The notes below the pieces were generated by a model. The model was not told the origin of the DNA, did no database searches, and saw only the letters and a program-made list of their open reading frames with translations. The position numbers and the translations under genes are program-made. Positions 1-8,348 of a stretch of DNA of 64,000 nucleotides are shown one piece after another (the stretch's first letter is position 1; each line of letters opens with the position of its first letter). This DNA is from Chloroflexota bacterium (GTDB taxonomy: Bacteria > Chloroflexota > Anaerolineae > UBA4142): assembly GCA_037440625.1 (NCBI GenBank), contig JBBITT010000005.1:41492-105491 (forward strand). Reading direction: 5' to 3'.

Positions 1-1
1 G

Positions 2-403
2 TTTTATGAACCGCCGGTCGGTTTGGATGCCACCGTGTTTGAACCGACCGTAGATTTCAAATTCCGAAATGATACGGAAGCGTATTTGCTTATTCAACCC
101 AAGATTGATTTGAGAACAACAACATTAACGTTCAACTTTTATGGCACCAAACCGAATCGCACGGTGGAGATGGAAGAGCCGATTGTGGAGAACCTTGTGC
201 CGCACGGGCCACCCATCTACACCGAAGACCCCACGTTGAACAAGAGCGTAACCAAACAGGTGGACTTTGCGCACGATGGCGCGGACGTAACGATCTGGCG
301 CAAAATCATCGTCAATGGCCAAGTGGTCAAGCGCGAAAGATTTTTTAGCCGCTATCAACCTTGGGTGGCGCGCTATTTAGTGGGAACCAAGGTGGTGAGA
401 TAG
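2..403 (+). CDS. VanW-family protein, C-terminal part (5' end lies outside the window)
   Basis: This frame is open from the window edge (FYEPPVGLDATVFEPTV...), and the ORF-track piece is 23..403. The GLDATV segment and the ...FFSRYQPWVARYLVGT tail resemble VanW-domain proteins. Recognised from memory only. Confidence 0.5.
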   Translation, partial: FYEPPVGLDATVFEPTVDFKFRNDTEAYLLIQPKIDLRTTTLTFNFYGTKPNRTVEMEEPIVENLVPHGPPIYTEDPTLNKSVTKQVDFAHDGADVTIWRKIIVNGQVVKRERFFSRYQPWVARYLVGTKVVR

Positions 404-451
404 TCGTTAGTCGTTAGTTGTTAGTCGTTAGTCGTTAGTTGTTAGTCGTTG
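403..451. repeat. Tandem heptamer repeat, 7 units of GT(C/T)GTTA
   Basis: Reads GTCGTTA GTCGTTA GTTGTTA GTCGTTA GTCGTTA GTTGTTA GTCGTTG. It starts at the stop codon of the VanW-like gene and lies between convergent genes. Confidence 0.9.
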
Positions 452-460
452 TGGTTTAGT

Positions 461-1036
461 TTAGCCACCCAAATACTGCAAGGCAATCCGCAAACGTTCT
501 TCTAGCGATTTGGCGCTGGCTGGCACGGCGCGTGCGGCACGCGTGGCTTCTGCCGCGCTATAACCCAGATTGATCAGCGCGTCCATTACATCTTTATCCC
601 CGGGCGCTAATTCGCCGATCTCGCCCAAGCCGCTTACCTCGATCTTGCCTTTCAACTCCAGGATCACCCGTTGTGCCGTCTTTTTGCCAATTCCCGGCAC
701 CGCCGTCAATGCTTCGAGGTTTCCTTCGGCAATCGCAATTTTGAGGGTCTCGATAGGCGCGGCGGCAAGCACACTCAACGCCACTTTGGGTCCCACACCG
801 CTGACGGTCAGCAACGTTTCAAAAAGACGCAACTCTTCTTCCGTCGCAAAGCCATAGAGCGATAATTCGTCCTCACGCACGCGCAAGTGCGTGAACAACT
901 GCACCTCGCTCCCCACCGCCCCAAGTCCGGCGGCTGTGTTGGTGGACACGCGTACGCGAAAGCCCACGCCACCCACGTTCACAAGAATCGTATCATCTTG
1001 ACGTGCTTGGAGTTTGCCGTGCAGTGATCCAATCAT
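461..1036 (-). CDS. ruvA: Holliday junction branch-migration complex subunit RuvA
   Basis: N-terminus MIGSLHGKL..., with HhH motifs VSGVGPKVA and VPGIGKKTAQR. I chose the internal ATG at 1036, which overlaps the ruvC stop by 4 nt (ATGA), rather than the track start at 1081. Confidence 0.9.
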   Translation of the reverse strand: MIGSLHGKLQARQDDTILVNVGGVGFRVRVSTNTAAGLGAVGSEVQLFTHLRVREDELSLYGFATEEELRLFETLLTVSGVGPKVALSVLAAAPIETLKIAIAEGNLEALTAVPGIGKKTAQRVILELKGKIEVSGLGEIGELAPGDKDVMDALINLGYSAAEATRAARAVPASAKSLEERLRIALQYLGG

Positions 1037-1527
1037 GGCTCTAATCCTATACGACGCATCCGCGCGCTGTGCGCATGACAAATGGCTACGGCTAGCGCAT
1101 CGGCGGCGTCATCGGGCTGGGGAATAAAATCCAATTGCAAAAGCATCCGCACCATTTGTTGAATCTGCGATTTTTCTGCGCGACCATATCCCACGACGGC
1201 TTGCTTGATTTCCAAGGGAGTGTACTCGTGAATCATCAAGCCGGCTTGCGCGGCGGCGAGTAAAGCGACACCGCGTGCCTGACCCACAGACAGCGCGGTG
1301 CGGACATTTTTGCTAAAGAATAATTTTTCAACCACCGCCTCGGTCGGTTGATGCATGCGAATCAAGGCGACAAGTTCGGCATAGATATGTTGCAACCGTT
1401 GAGGCATCTTCCAATCCGAGGGTGTCGTGATTGCCCCATAAGCGATCAGTTGCAACAGATCGCCATCGCTCTGCACCACCCCATAGCCGGTAATGGCGGT
1501 CCCAGGATCAATGCCCAGAATAATCAC
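1033..1527 (-). CDS. ruvC: Crossover junction endodeoxyribonuclease RuvC
   Basis: MIILGIDPGTAITGYGVV..., with the C-terminal DAADALAVAICH motif. Overlaps the yebC stop by 4 nt. Confidence 0.92.
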   Translation of the reverse strand: MIILGIDPGTAITGYGVVQSDGDLLQLIAYGAITTPSDWKMPQRLQHIYAELVALIRMHQPTEAVVEKLFFSKNVRTALSVGQARGVALLAAAQAGLMIHEYTPLEIKQAVVGYGRAEKSQIQQMVRMLLQLDFIPQPDDAADALAVAICHAHSARMRRIGLEP

Positions 1528-2282
1528 TTGGCGGTCTCGAACTTTTTCATCACTTCATCGGTGATATCAAGATTAGAGTACACTTTTTGCACATCGTCAT
1601 GTTCTTCCAGCGACTCCATCAGTTTCATGGTTGAGATGGCTTGCTCATCGCTAACCGTGGCAGGCGTCTTGGCGATCCATGCCAGTTCGGCAGATGTAAT
1701 CGGAATTTTTTTCTTTTCGATCGCTTCTTTGAGCGTACGCAAATGTTCCGGCGCGCAATATAAATCAAGGACATTGCCATCGAGTTTGTAATCTTCGGCG
1801 CCGGCATCAATCAATTCAAGCGCGAGGTCTTCCGGGTTTTTCACATTCTCAAGTGTAATGACCCCCTTTTTATCGAACATCCACGCCACGGCGTTGGTGG
1901 CGGCAAGATTCCCTCCACCACGCGTAAAGAGATGACGCACTTCGGCGGCGGCGCGATTGCGATTATCGGTGAGGACTTGGACGAGCAAGGCGGTGCCCCC
2001 CGGCCCATATCCCTCGTACATCACCTCTTCAAGTTGGCCGCCCCCTTCGTTCAATTCGCCGGTGCCGCGCTTGATGGCCCGCTCGATATTTTCTTTGGGC
2101 ATATTTTGGGCGCGCGCCTTTTCAATCGCGAGACGCAAAGCAAAGTTGGCAGCCGGATCACCACCGCCTTGCCGCGCCGCAATCGTGATTTCACGCCCTA
2201 GCCGCGTGAACATCTGCCCTTTTTTAACGTCAGCCGCGCCTTTTTTTCGTTTAATCTGTGCCCACTTGGAATGTCCAGACAT
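1524..2282 (-). CDS. yebC: YebC/PmpR family DNA-binding transcriptional regulator
   Basis: MSGHSKWAQIKRKKG is the family hallmark. GGAGG lies 7 nt upstream of the ATG at 2282, so the track start at 2312 is probably too long. Confidence 0.9.
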   Translation of the reverse strand: MSGHSKWAQIKRKKGAADVKKGQMFTRLGREITIAARQGGGDPAANFALRLAIEKARAQNMPKENIERAIKRGTGELNEGGGQLEEVMYEGYGPGGTALLVQVLTDNRNRAAAEVRHLFTRGGGNLAATNAVAWMFDKKGVITLENVKNPEDLALELIDAGAEDYKLDGNVLDLYCAPEHLRTLKEAIEKKKIPITSAELAWIAKTPATVSDEQAISTMKLMESLEEHDDVQKVYSNLDITDEVMKKFETAK

Positions 2283-2468
2283 TTCATCGCCTCCACTCGA
2301 CTGGTGCATCAACCGAATGCATCATTCATACTTGATGACGCACCCTCTACCGATGCGTTCCAACGATGCAGGTATGCCATCGTTTTGTCATGTTGCTGCA
2401 CGAGTCAACTCATTGTTCGTTCACATTATACCACGCGAATGGAAAATCGAAAAATAGAAAAAGGCGGC

Positions 2469-2496
2469 TTGCACAACACATCAATCCGCGTATAAT
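2469..2496 (+). promoter_or_regulatory. Sigma-70-like promoter, TTGCAC-16 nt-TATAAT
   Basis: TTGCAC at 2469-2474 and TATAAT at 2491-2496, in the divergent region between yebC (-) and the MBL hydrolase (+). Confidence 0.55.
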
Positions 2497-2541
2497 AAGT
2501 TGCCAGTCGAGAGAATGACAAGATTGCAACTTGTTGCAAAG

Positions 2542-2566
2542 GAGCAGACCTACTTCTGCTCTTTTT
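2542..2566 (+). terminator. Intrinsic-terminator-like hairpin inside the 5' leader of the MBL-fold gene
   Basis: GAGCAGA (2542-2548), a 6-nt loop, TCTGCTC (2555-2561), then T5 (2562-2566). It lies about 45 nt downstream of the predicted TSS and 17 nt before the ATG at 2583. Confidence 0.55.
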
Positions 2567-2582
2567 GATTTGGGAGAAAACC

Positions 2583-3515
2583 ATGACCCCCATTCTACAC
2601 CGTTTGACCGATAACGTAACTGCAATTGATTTGCAATTTCAAGGTCGCTCCAACGTCATCGCGTCATATCTTTTCTACGATGGCACACACGCTGCACTCG
2701 TCGAAACGGGTCCGGCATCCACCGTTGGCAATTTACTCGAAGGAGTTCAAGCGGCGGGCGTGCCGCTTGAAGCGTTGCGACAACTCGTCGTTACGCATAT
2801 TCACCTTGATCATTCCGGCGGCGCAGGCGTTATCGCGCAACAATTACCCTGGGTCAAGGTGTACGTGCACCCCATCGGCGCGCCACACCTTGCTGATCCA
2901 TCGAAATTGCTTGCCAGCGCGGCACGACTGTACGGCGATCAGATGGAAACCTTGTGGGGAACCACGCTGCCGGTGCCGCAAGAAAATCTTGTCGTCGTCA
3001 ACGATGGCGACCAAATCAAAATTCCCGGTTCAACGTTACGTGCGTTAGATACCCCGGGGCACGCGCGGCATCATCATGCGTATTTGGATGCGTCAAGTGG
3101 GTTGCTATTCACCGGCGATATTGCCGGCGTGCGAATGCCGGGTGTGGCCTATGTGCGTCCCCCCACGCCACCCCCCGAACTTGATCTGGAAGCGTGGATC
3201 GCGAGCATTGCCAAACTGCGTGCGACCAAAGCCACTGGCTTGTGCCTCACCCACTTTGGTTTGTTTCGCGGCGATCTCGCTTGGCATTGGGCCGATTTGG
3301 AAAAACGGCTGGTTGATTGGGGACAACTAGTGCGCGACGAATTGGAACAGGGCCAGGACGAAAACAATATTTTGGCACGCCTCAAATCCCAAGCCGCTGG
3401 CGAATTTCAAAAACTCAATGTTGATCCCAGCGCGTACGATGTCGCCGTGAGTTACGAATCGTTAGTCGCCGGGTATGTGAGATATTGGAAGAAAAAGCCG
3501 GCCTATGTCAAATAG
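2583..3515 (+). CDS. MBL-fold metallo-hydrolase
   Basis: HxHxDH motif in VVTHIHLDHSGG, with later DTPGH and HH ligand residues. GGGAGA lies 6 nt upstream of the ATG at 2583. Confidence 0.85.
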   Translation: MTPILHRLTDNVTAIDLQFQGRSNVIASYLFYDGTHAALVETGPASTVGNLLEGVQAAGVPLEALRQLVVTHIHLDHSGGAGVIAQQLPWVKVYVHPIGAPHLADPSKLLASAARLYGDQMETLWGTTLPVPQENLVVVNDGDQIKIPGSTLRALDTPGHARHHHAYLDASSGLLFTGDIAGVRMPGVAYVRPPTPPPELDLEAWIASIAKLRATKATGLCLTHFGLFRGDLAWHWADLEKRLVDWGQLVRDELEQGQDENNILARLKSQAAGEFQKLNVDPSAYDVAVSYESLVAGYVRYWKKKPAYVK

Positions 3516-3717
3516 AAATTATGTTCTAATTGGATTTTGGTTATCGCATTCCATACAACGCCACGCTGGTTTAGCGGGTGCGTTTGCGTACTAACTCAAT
3601 TGGCGTATAATGCAAATGTTCTCAACGCACGTTTGAAGACGGGGGCATTGTAAAGTGCAACCATCGGTGTACGGAATTTTCCAATGCCCTCTTAAACACA
3701 AGACCTAGGTTAGAAAA

Positions 3718-4812
3718 ATGGTCCAACCAATTTTTCCCTTCACCGCTATCGTCAATCAAGATAAAATGAAACGCGCGCTCGTGCTCAACGCGATCAATCC
3801 GCTCATCGGTGGAGTGCTTGTGCGCGGCGAACGCGGGACTGCCAAATCCACCGCCGTACGCGCACTCGCAGCGCTGCTGCCGGAAATCAGCGTTGTCGCC
3901 GATTGTCCGTTCAGTTGCAATCCGTACGAAAAAGATCGCTTGTGCGATTTTTGCCGGGAACGCGTCGCGCGCGGCGAAGAATTGCCGGTCGCTAAACGCA
4001 AAGTCCGCTTGGTAGATTTGCCGGTCAGCGCGACCGAGGATCGCGTCGTTGGGACGCTCGACATCGAACAGGCGATCAAAAAAGGCGAAAAGAAATTCGA
4101 GCCCGGCGTCCTCGCCGCGGCGAATCGTGGCATCCTTTACGTGGACGAAGTGAATCTGCTCGACGATCACGTCGTTGATCTGCTGCTCGATAGTGCGGCG
4201 ATGGGCGTGAACGTGGTCGAACGTGAAGGTATTTCGTTTCAGCATCCCGCACAATTCGTTTTGGTCGGCACGATGAATCCGGAAGAAGGCGAACTGCGTC
4301 CACAACTGCTCGATCGCTTTGGCTTGTCCGTTGAGATCAAGGGAATCAATGATGCCGATGCACGCGTTGAAATCGTTGAACGGCGTTTAGCCTTTGAGCA
4401 AGACCCGGTGGGCTTTTGCCAAGAATGGTGTGTCGCCGAAGAAAAGCTATCGAAAGAGATCGAAATCGCGCGTCAAAAGTTGCACGCGGTCACGCACACC
4501 CAAGCCGATTTGTACGCGATTGCCGAATTATCGGTTGGGCTTGAGGTGGATGGGCATCGTTCCGATTTGGTGATCTTAAAAGCCGCGCGTGCCCACGCCG
4601 CGTTGATGGGCCGAGATGCGATCAGCGAAGAAGATATTGTGCTGGCGGCGGAACTCGCGTTGCCGCATCGCGTCAAACGCAAAGCGATTCACGAAGTCGA
4701 GATGCGCTTTGAGAGTTTGGAAAAACGACTCGAAGCCCAAAGGCAAGCGCTAGGACAACCGGGCCAAGCCAAGCCCGAACCATCACGGGATGTAAAAAAA
4801 AAGCCAGCGTAA
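3718..4812 (+). CDS. ChlI/BchI-like AAA+ ATPase (chelatase small-subunit type); zero-frame product of a probable frameshift gene
   Basis: N-terminus [40 protein letters not shown] (Walker A), Walker [11 protein letters not shown], and a sensor region. The zero frame ends ...SRDVKKKPA* just after an A9 run. Confidence 0.88.
   Translation: MVQPIFPFTAIVNQDKMKRALVLNAINPLIGGVLVRGERGTAKSTAVRALAALLPEISVVADCPFSCNPYEKDRLCDFCRERVARGEELPVAKRKVRLVDLPVSATEDRVVGTLDIEQAIKKGEKKFEPGVLAAANRGILYVDEVNLLDDHVVDLLLDSAAMGVNVVEREGISFQHPAQFVLVGTMNPEEGELRPQLLDRFGLSVEIKGINDADARVEIVERRLAFEQDPVGFCQEWCVAEEKLSKEIEIARQKLHAVTHTQADLYAIAELSVGLEVDGHRSDLVILKAARAHAALMGRDAISEEDIVLAAELALPHRVKRKAIHEVEMRFESLEKRLEAQRQALGQPGQAKPEPSRDVKKKPA
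4797..4803 (+). other. Candidate -1 recoding site: A_AAA_AAG heptamer inside an A9 run (4794-4802)
   Basis: The zero-frame codons are GTA AAA AAA AAG CCA GCG TAA, so the heptamer is in the X_XXY_YYZ phase. The -1 frame (GCC AGC GTA ACC ...) is open from 4713 to the stop at 5765. Confidence 0.6.
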
Positions 4813-4907
4813 CCCCTGACGCGGAATCAGCGCGGGTCGCGCCGGAACCGGGCGAACAAACCACGCAAGGGACCGGGCACGAGCCGGGCAAACCCTCGGC
4901 GCGACCA

Positions 4908-5765
4908 TTGGATACCGTCGTCAACGTTGGCAAAACCTTTCGGCCACAAAGATTACAAACCCCGCTCGACAAACTACCGCGCAAAATCGCGGGCAAACGA
5001 TCGCGCACGCGCACCGAACGCAAGCGCGGTCGTTATATTTCCTCGCGTCCCATCAAAGGCAAGCCATCCGACATCGCATTCGATGCCACCCTTCGTCAAG
5101 CCGCGCCATACCAAATCAATCGCGCCCATAAGGACGTGGCGCTCGCCATCGAAAAACAGGACTTGCGCCAAAAGGTGCGCGTGCGGCGCGCCGCTAATTT
5201 GATTCTGTTCGTTGTGGATGCCTCGTGGTCTATGGCTGCCGCCGAGCGAATGATCGCCACGAAAGGCGCGATTATGTCGTTGCTGATTGACGCGTACCAA
5301 AAACGCGACCGCGTGGGCTTGGTGGTGTTTCAAAAAGAAGAAGCACGCGTGGTTTTGCCTCCCACGTCATCCGTTGATTTGGCGGAGAATGCGCTCAAAG
5401 AAATCCCGGTCGGTGGCAAGACGCCGCTCAGCGCTGGGCTTTTGCTGGCACACCAAGTTTTGATCCGCGAACGAATGAAGGATCGCGAGGTGATGCCGTT
5501 GATGATCGTTGTAACCGATGGCGCGGGGAACGTCTCGATGACCGATCTGCCACCGCAAGAAGAGGCGTACAAGGTCGCGGCAATGATCAAAAAAGCCGAT
5601 TTGCGCGCGGTTGTCATCAACACAGAACACGAGGCATTTGATCGCGGCTTGGCACAAGAGTTGGCGGACAACTTGGGCGCACCGTGTTACACGCTCAAGC
5701 AATTACGTGCCGAAGAGTTGTACGCGCGCGTGCGTGAAGAGATGCGGGGGATTGGGAAGGCATAG
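4908..5765 (+). CDS. VWA-domain protein (ChlD C-terminal type), probably translated as a -1 frame continuation from 4803 rather than from its own start
   Basis: MIDAS motif VVDASWSM and a VWA fold pattern (RVGLVVFQ..., MIVVTDGAGN). The only start candidate is TTG at 4908, which has no SD. The open frame upstream encodes a Pro/Glu/Gly/Thr-rich linker, PDAESARVAPEPGEQTTQGTGHEPGKPSARP. Confidence 0.8.
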   Translation: MDTVVNVGKTFRPQRLQTPLDKLPRKIAGKRSRTRTERKRGRYISSRPIKGKPSDIAFDATLRQAAPYQINRAHKDVALAIEKQDLRQKVRVRRAANLILFVVDASWSMAAAERMIATKGAIMSLLIDAYQKRDRVGLVVFQKEEARVVLPPTSSVDLAENALKEIPVGGKTPLSAGLLLAHQVLIRERMKDREVMPLMIVVTDGAGNVSMTDLPPQEEAYKVAAMIKKADLRAVVINTEHEAFDRGLAQELADNLGAPCYTLKQLRAEELYARVREEMRGIGKA

Positions 5766-5847
5766 TGCAATAGTTGCGTAGCGCGATAGTTTTATAGTTG
5801 CTCAATCACCAGTTACTCAATCGTTCTTTCTTCTGTGGCAGAGTTGA

Positions 5848-6657
5848 ATGCTAAACGCTATTTCCATTGATCTAGAAGATTGGTTTTGCGCGTACAATCT
5901 GCGAATTGAATCCAAAAATTGGGACAAGCAAGAGTTGCGCGTGGTGGATAACACCGAGCGCTTGCTCGCTCTGCTTGACCGGCATCACGTTCAAGCCACC
6001 TTCTTTGTGCTGGGTTGGTTTGCCGAACACACGCCGGCTTTGATTCGAACAATCGAGCAACGCGGACACGAAATTGCGACGCACGGTTATTCGCACACCG
6101 TTCTCACGGCGATGACGCCGGCTGAATTTGAAAGCGATCTCCAGCGCGCGCTGGAGGTTACCCGCGCCTGCGTGCAACAACCGATTCGCGGCTTCCGCGC
6201 ACCATCGTTCACGATCACACCCACAACGCTGTGGGCGCTCGACATTCTGGCAAAGCACGGCATCGTGTACGACTCGTCTATCTTTCCGATTAGCGGACAT
6301 CCGGATTACGGCATTGGCGACGCGCCGCTCACGATTCATCAACGCGGCGCGCTGACCGAAGTGCCGATGAGCGTCGCCGAAATCGCTGGCAAGCGTGTGC
6401 CGTGTAGTGGCGGCGGCTATTTTCGATTGTTTCCGTACACGATTACGAAATCTCTGATCGAAAGATGTAATCAGCAGGGACGCCCGGTCATCTTTTATCT
6501 CCATCCTTGGGAAATTGATCCTGACCAGCCGCGCCGCAAACTATCGCTCACGAAAAGTCTGCGCCATTACATCAATCTCGATAAAACATTTGGGCGTTTG
6601 GATCGTTTGCTCACCGATTTTCAATTTACCTCGATACAAAAGGTGATTGGTTTATGA
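5848..6657 (+). CDS. Polysaccharide deacetylase family protein (NodB-type with a DUF3473-like C-terminus)
   Basis: ISIDLEDWF, ATFFVLGW and ATHGYSH motifs, plus a C-terminal region typical of the exopolysaccharide-locus deacetylase subfamily. Confidence 0.75.
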   Translation: MLNAISIDLEDWFCAYNLRIESKNWDKQELRVVDNTERLLALLDRHHVQATFFVLGWFAEHTPALIRTIEQRGHEIATHGYSHTVLTAMTPAEFESDLQRALEVTRACVQQPIRGFRAPSFTITPTTLWALDILAKHGIVYDSSIFPISGHPDYGIGDAPLTIHQRGALTEVPMSVAEIAGKRVPCSGGGYFRLFPYTITKSLIERCNQQGRPVIFYLHPWEIDPDQPRRKLSLTKSLRHYINLDKTFGRLDRLLTDFQFTSIQKVIGL

Positions 6658-7304
6658 ACAAACAGTTGGAAAATCAGCGCAAATATTGGGATAGCACCGT
6701 CAGCGAGTTCGATTCGATTTATGCAGGCAACAAGAGCAAATTTCAAAACTGGCTCGATGCGACGTTCCGTTGGGATATGTACGCGCGCTTTGAGTACACC
6801 ATGCAACATTCCGAACCGATTGCCGGCAAAACAATTCTCGATGTCGGTTGTGGCACAGGGCGTTTCGTTTTCGAGTACCTGAAGCGCGGCGCCAAACACG
6901 TTACCGGCATTGACATCGCCGAAAGTATGCTGGCAGTCTGCCGTCAGCGTGCTCAAGCCGAAGGCGTGAGCGAACGATGCACATTTGTCCAAACCGATTT
7001 GTTACAATTCAAGCCGGCTGACCGGTTCGATATTTGCATCGGCATCGGCTTGTTCGATTATATTCCGGACGCGTTGCCGGTACTGACCAAGATGCGTGAG
7101 GTTACGCGCGACCGCGTGATTGCGAGTCTGCCACGCTTGTGGACGTGGCGTGCGCCGGTGCGCCGGGTACGGCTCGCGCTCAAAGGGTGCGACGTGTATT
7201 TTTACTCCAAAGAAAAGGTGGACGGGCTGATTAAAAAAGCAGGGTTTTCGCACTACGAGGTGGAACAAGTAGGGCAGTTGTGGTGTGTAACAGCGTTTGT
7301 GTAA
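6654..7304 (+). CDS. Class I SAM-dependent methyltransferase
   Basis: Motif I is ILDVGCGTGRF. The start overlaps the upstream stop (ATGA). Confidence 0.8.
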   Translation: MNKQLENQRKYWDSTVSEFDSIYAGNKSKFQNWLDATFRWDMYARFEYTMQHSEPIAGKTILDVGCGTGRFVFEYLKRGAKHVTGIDIAESMLAVCRQRAQAEGVSERCTFVQTDLLQFKPADRFDICIGIGLFDYIPDALPVLTKMREVTRDRVIASLPRLWTWRAPVRRVRLALKGCDVYFYSKEKVDGLIKKAGFSHYEVEQVGQLWCVTAFV

Positions 7305-7362
7305 ACGCTAGAATTGACTTGTGTCCAAAAAAGCCCATTTTCACTCGTTGATTGTGTTGAGA

Positions 7363-7376
7363 GTTTCACGTGAAAC
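7363..7376. promoter_or_regulatory. Perfect 14-bp palindrome GTTTCACGTGAAAC (candidate operator)
   Basis: Read directly from the sequence. Lies 16 nt upstream of the GTG start at 7392. Confidence 0.35.
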
Positions 7377-7391
7377 ATTAACATAAATTTT

Positions 7392-8291
7392 GTGGCTTCT
7401 GTGGCTAACTCAAACCCACCTCCCATTTGCTCCTACGAAAATTCCCCTTGGCGTACCGAGTTCTGGCGCGGACGCGCTTACGAAGACCGCGCGGAACGCA
7501 TCGCCATCGCTAAACTGCTCCCACCCCGCGGCAACCGCATCTGCGAGATCGGCGCAGGGTTTGGCCGGCTCGCCGAATTCTATGCCGGCTATGAGCGCGT
7601 CATCCTGCTTGACTATGCCGTCTCAATGTTACACGATGCGGTTGAACGACTAGGCAAAGATTCGCGTTTTCTCTTTGTCGCCGCCGATCTCTACAACTTG
7701 CCGCTCGCGGACAATGCGCTCGATACCGCTGTAACCGTACGCGTCCTGCATCACGTCGCCGATATTCCGCGCGCGTTTGCCGAGATCGCGCGCGTGGTAC
7801 GCCCAGCCGGGACGTACTTGACCGAGTTTGCGAACAAACGCCACCTCAAAGCGCGCCTACGCTACGCGCTGACCCGGCGGGGCGATAACCCGGCATCACT
7901 CGCGCCGTACGAGTTCGTCAAACTCAATTTCGATTTTCATCCGCGTTACATCGAAAACGAATTGCGCCAAAACCATTTCACAATTCAAACCAAGCGTGCC
8001 GTTTCGATCTTGCGGATTCCGTTGCTCAAGCGTATCGTGCCCGCCGGCATTCTGGCAGCGTTGGACGGCATCTTGCAAACGCCGCTGGCTCACCTCGATT
8101 GGTCCCCCAGTATCTTTGTGCGCGCTCAATCGAAAAAAGAGGGCGCACCGCAACTCAACCCATCGCTCTGGAAATGTCCGGCGTGCGGCTCAACCGATCT
8201 CACAGAATCGAGCGAAGCGATCGGTTGCAATAATTGTACGCGAAATTATCCAATCCGCGATCGCATCATTGATTTCAAATCTCAATTGTAG
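7392..8291 (+). CDS. Class I SAM-dependent methyltransferase with a C-terminal Trm112-like zinc ribbon
   Basis: Motif I is ICEIGAGFGRL. The C-terminus has WKCPACGS...CNNCTRNYPIRDRIIDF (CxxC...CxxC). The GTG start is uncertain. Confidence 0.75.
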   Translation: MASVANSNPPPICSYENSPWRTEFWRGRAYEDRAERIAIAKLLPPRGNRICEIGAGFGRLAEFYAGYERVILLDYAVSMLHDAVERLGKDSRFLFVAADLYNLPLADNALDTAVTVRVLHHVADIPRAFAEIARVVRPAGTYLTEFANKRHLKARLRYALTRRGDNPASLAPYEFVKLNFDFHPRYIENELRQNHFTIQTKRAVSILRIPLLKRIVPAGILAALDGILQTPLAHLDWSPSIFVRAQSKKEGAPQLNPSLWKCPACGSTDLTESSEAIGCNNCTRNYPIRDRIIDFKSQL

Positions 8292-8348
8292 TATACTGTT
8301 GACCGTCCTACGGTCTCATTTTTCAATTCATGGCTCACTGGGGGTACG

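Noticed and set aside
3583-3717. Possible cobalamin riboswitch in the ~100-nt leader of the ChlI-like gene, since chelatase genes are often B12-regulated
   Set aside because: I could not find the B12-box or the conserved core. Only a long imperfect hairpin is present (GGGCATTG 3643-3650 with CAATGCCC 3682-3689). A covariance-model scan is still needed to exclude it formally.
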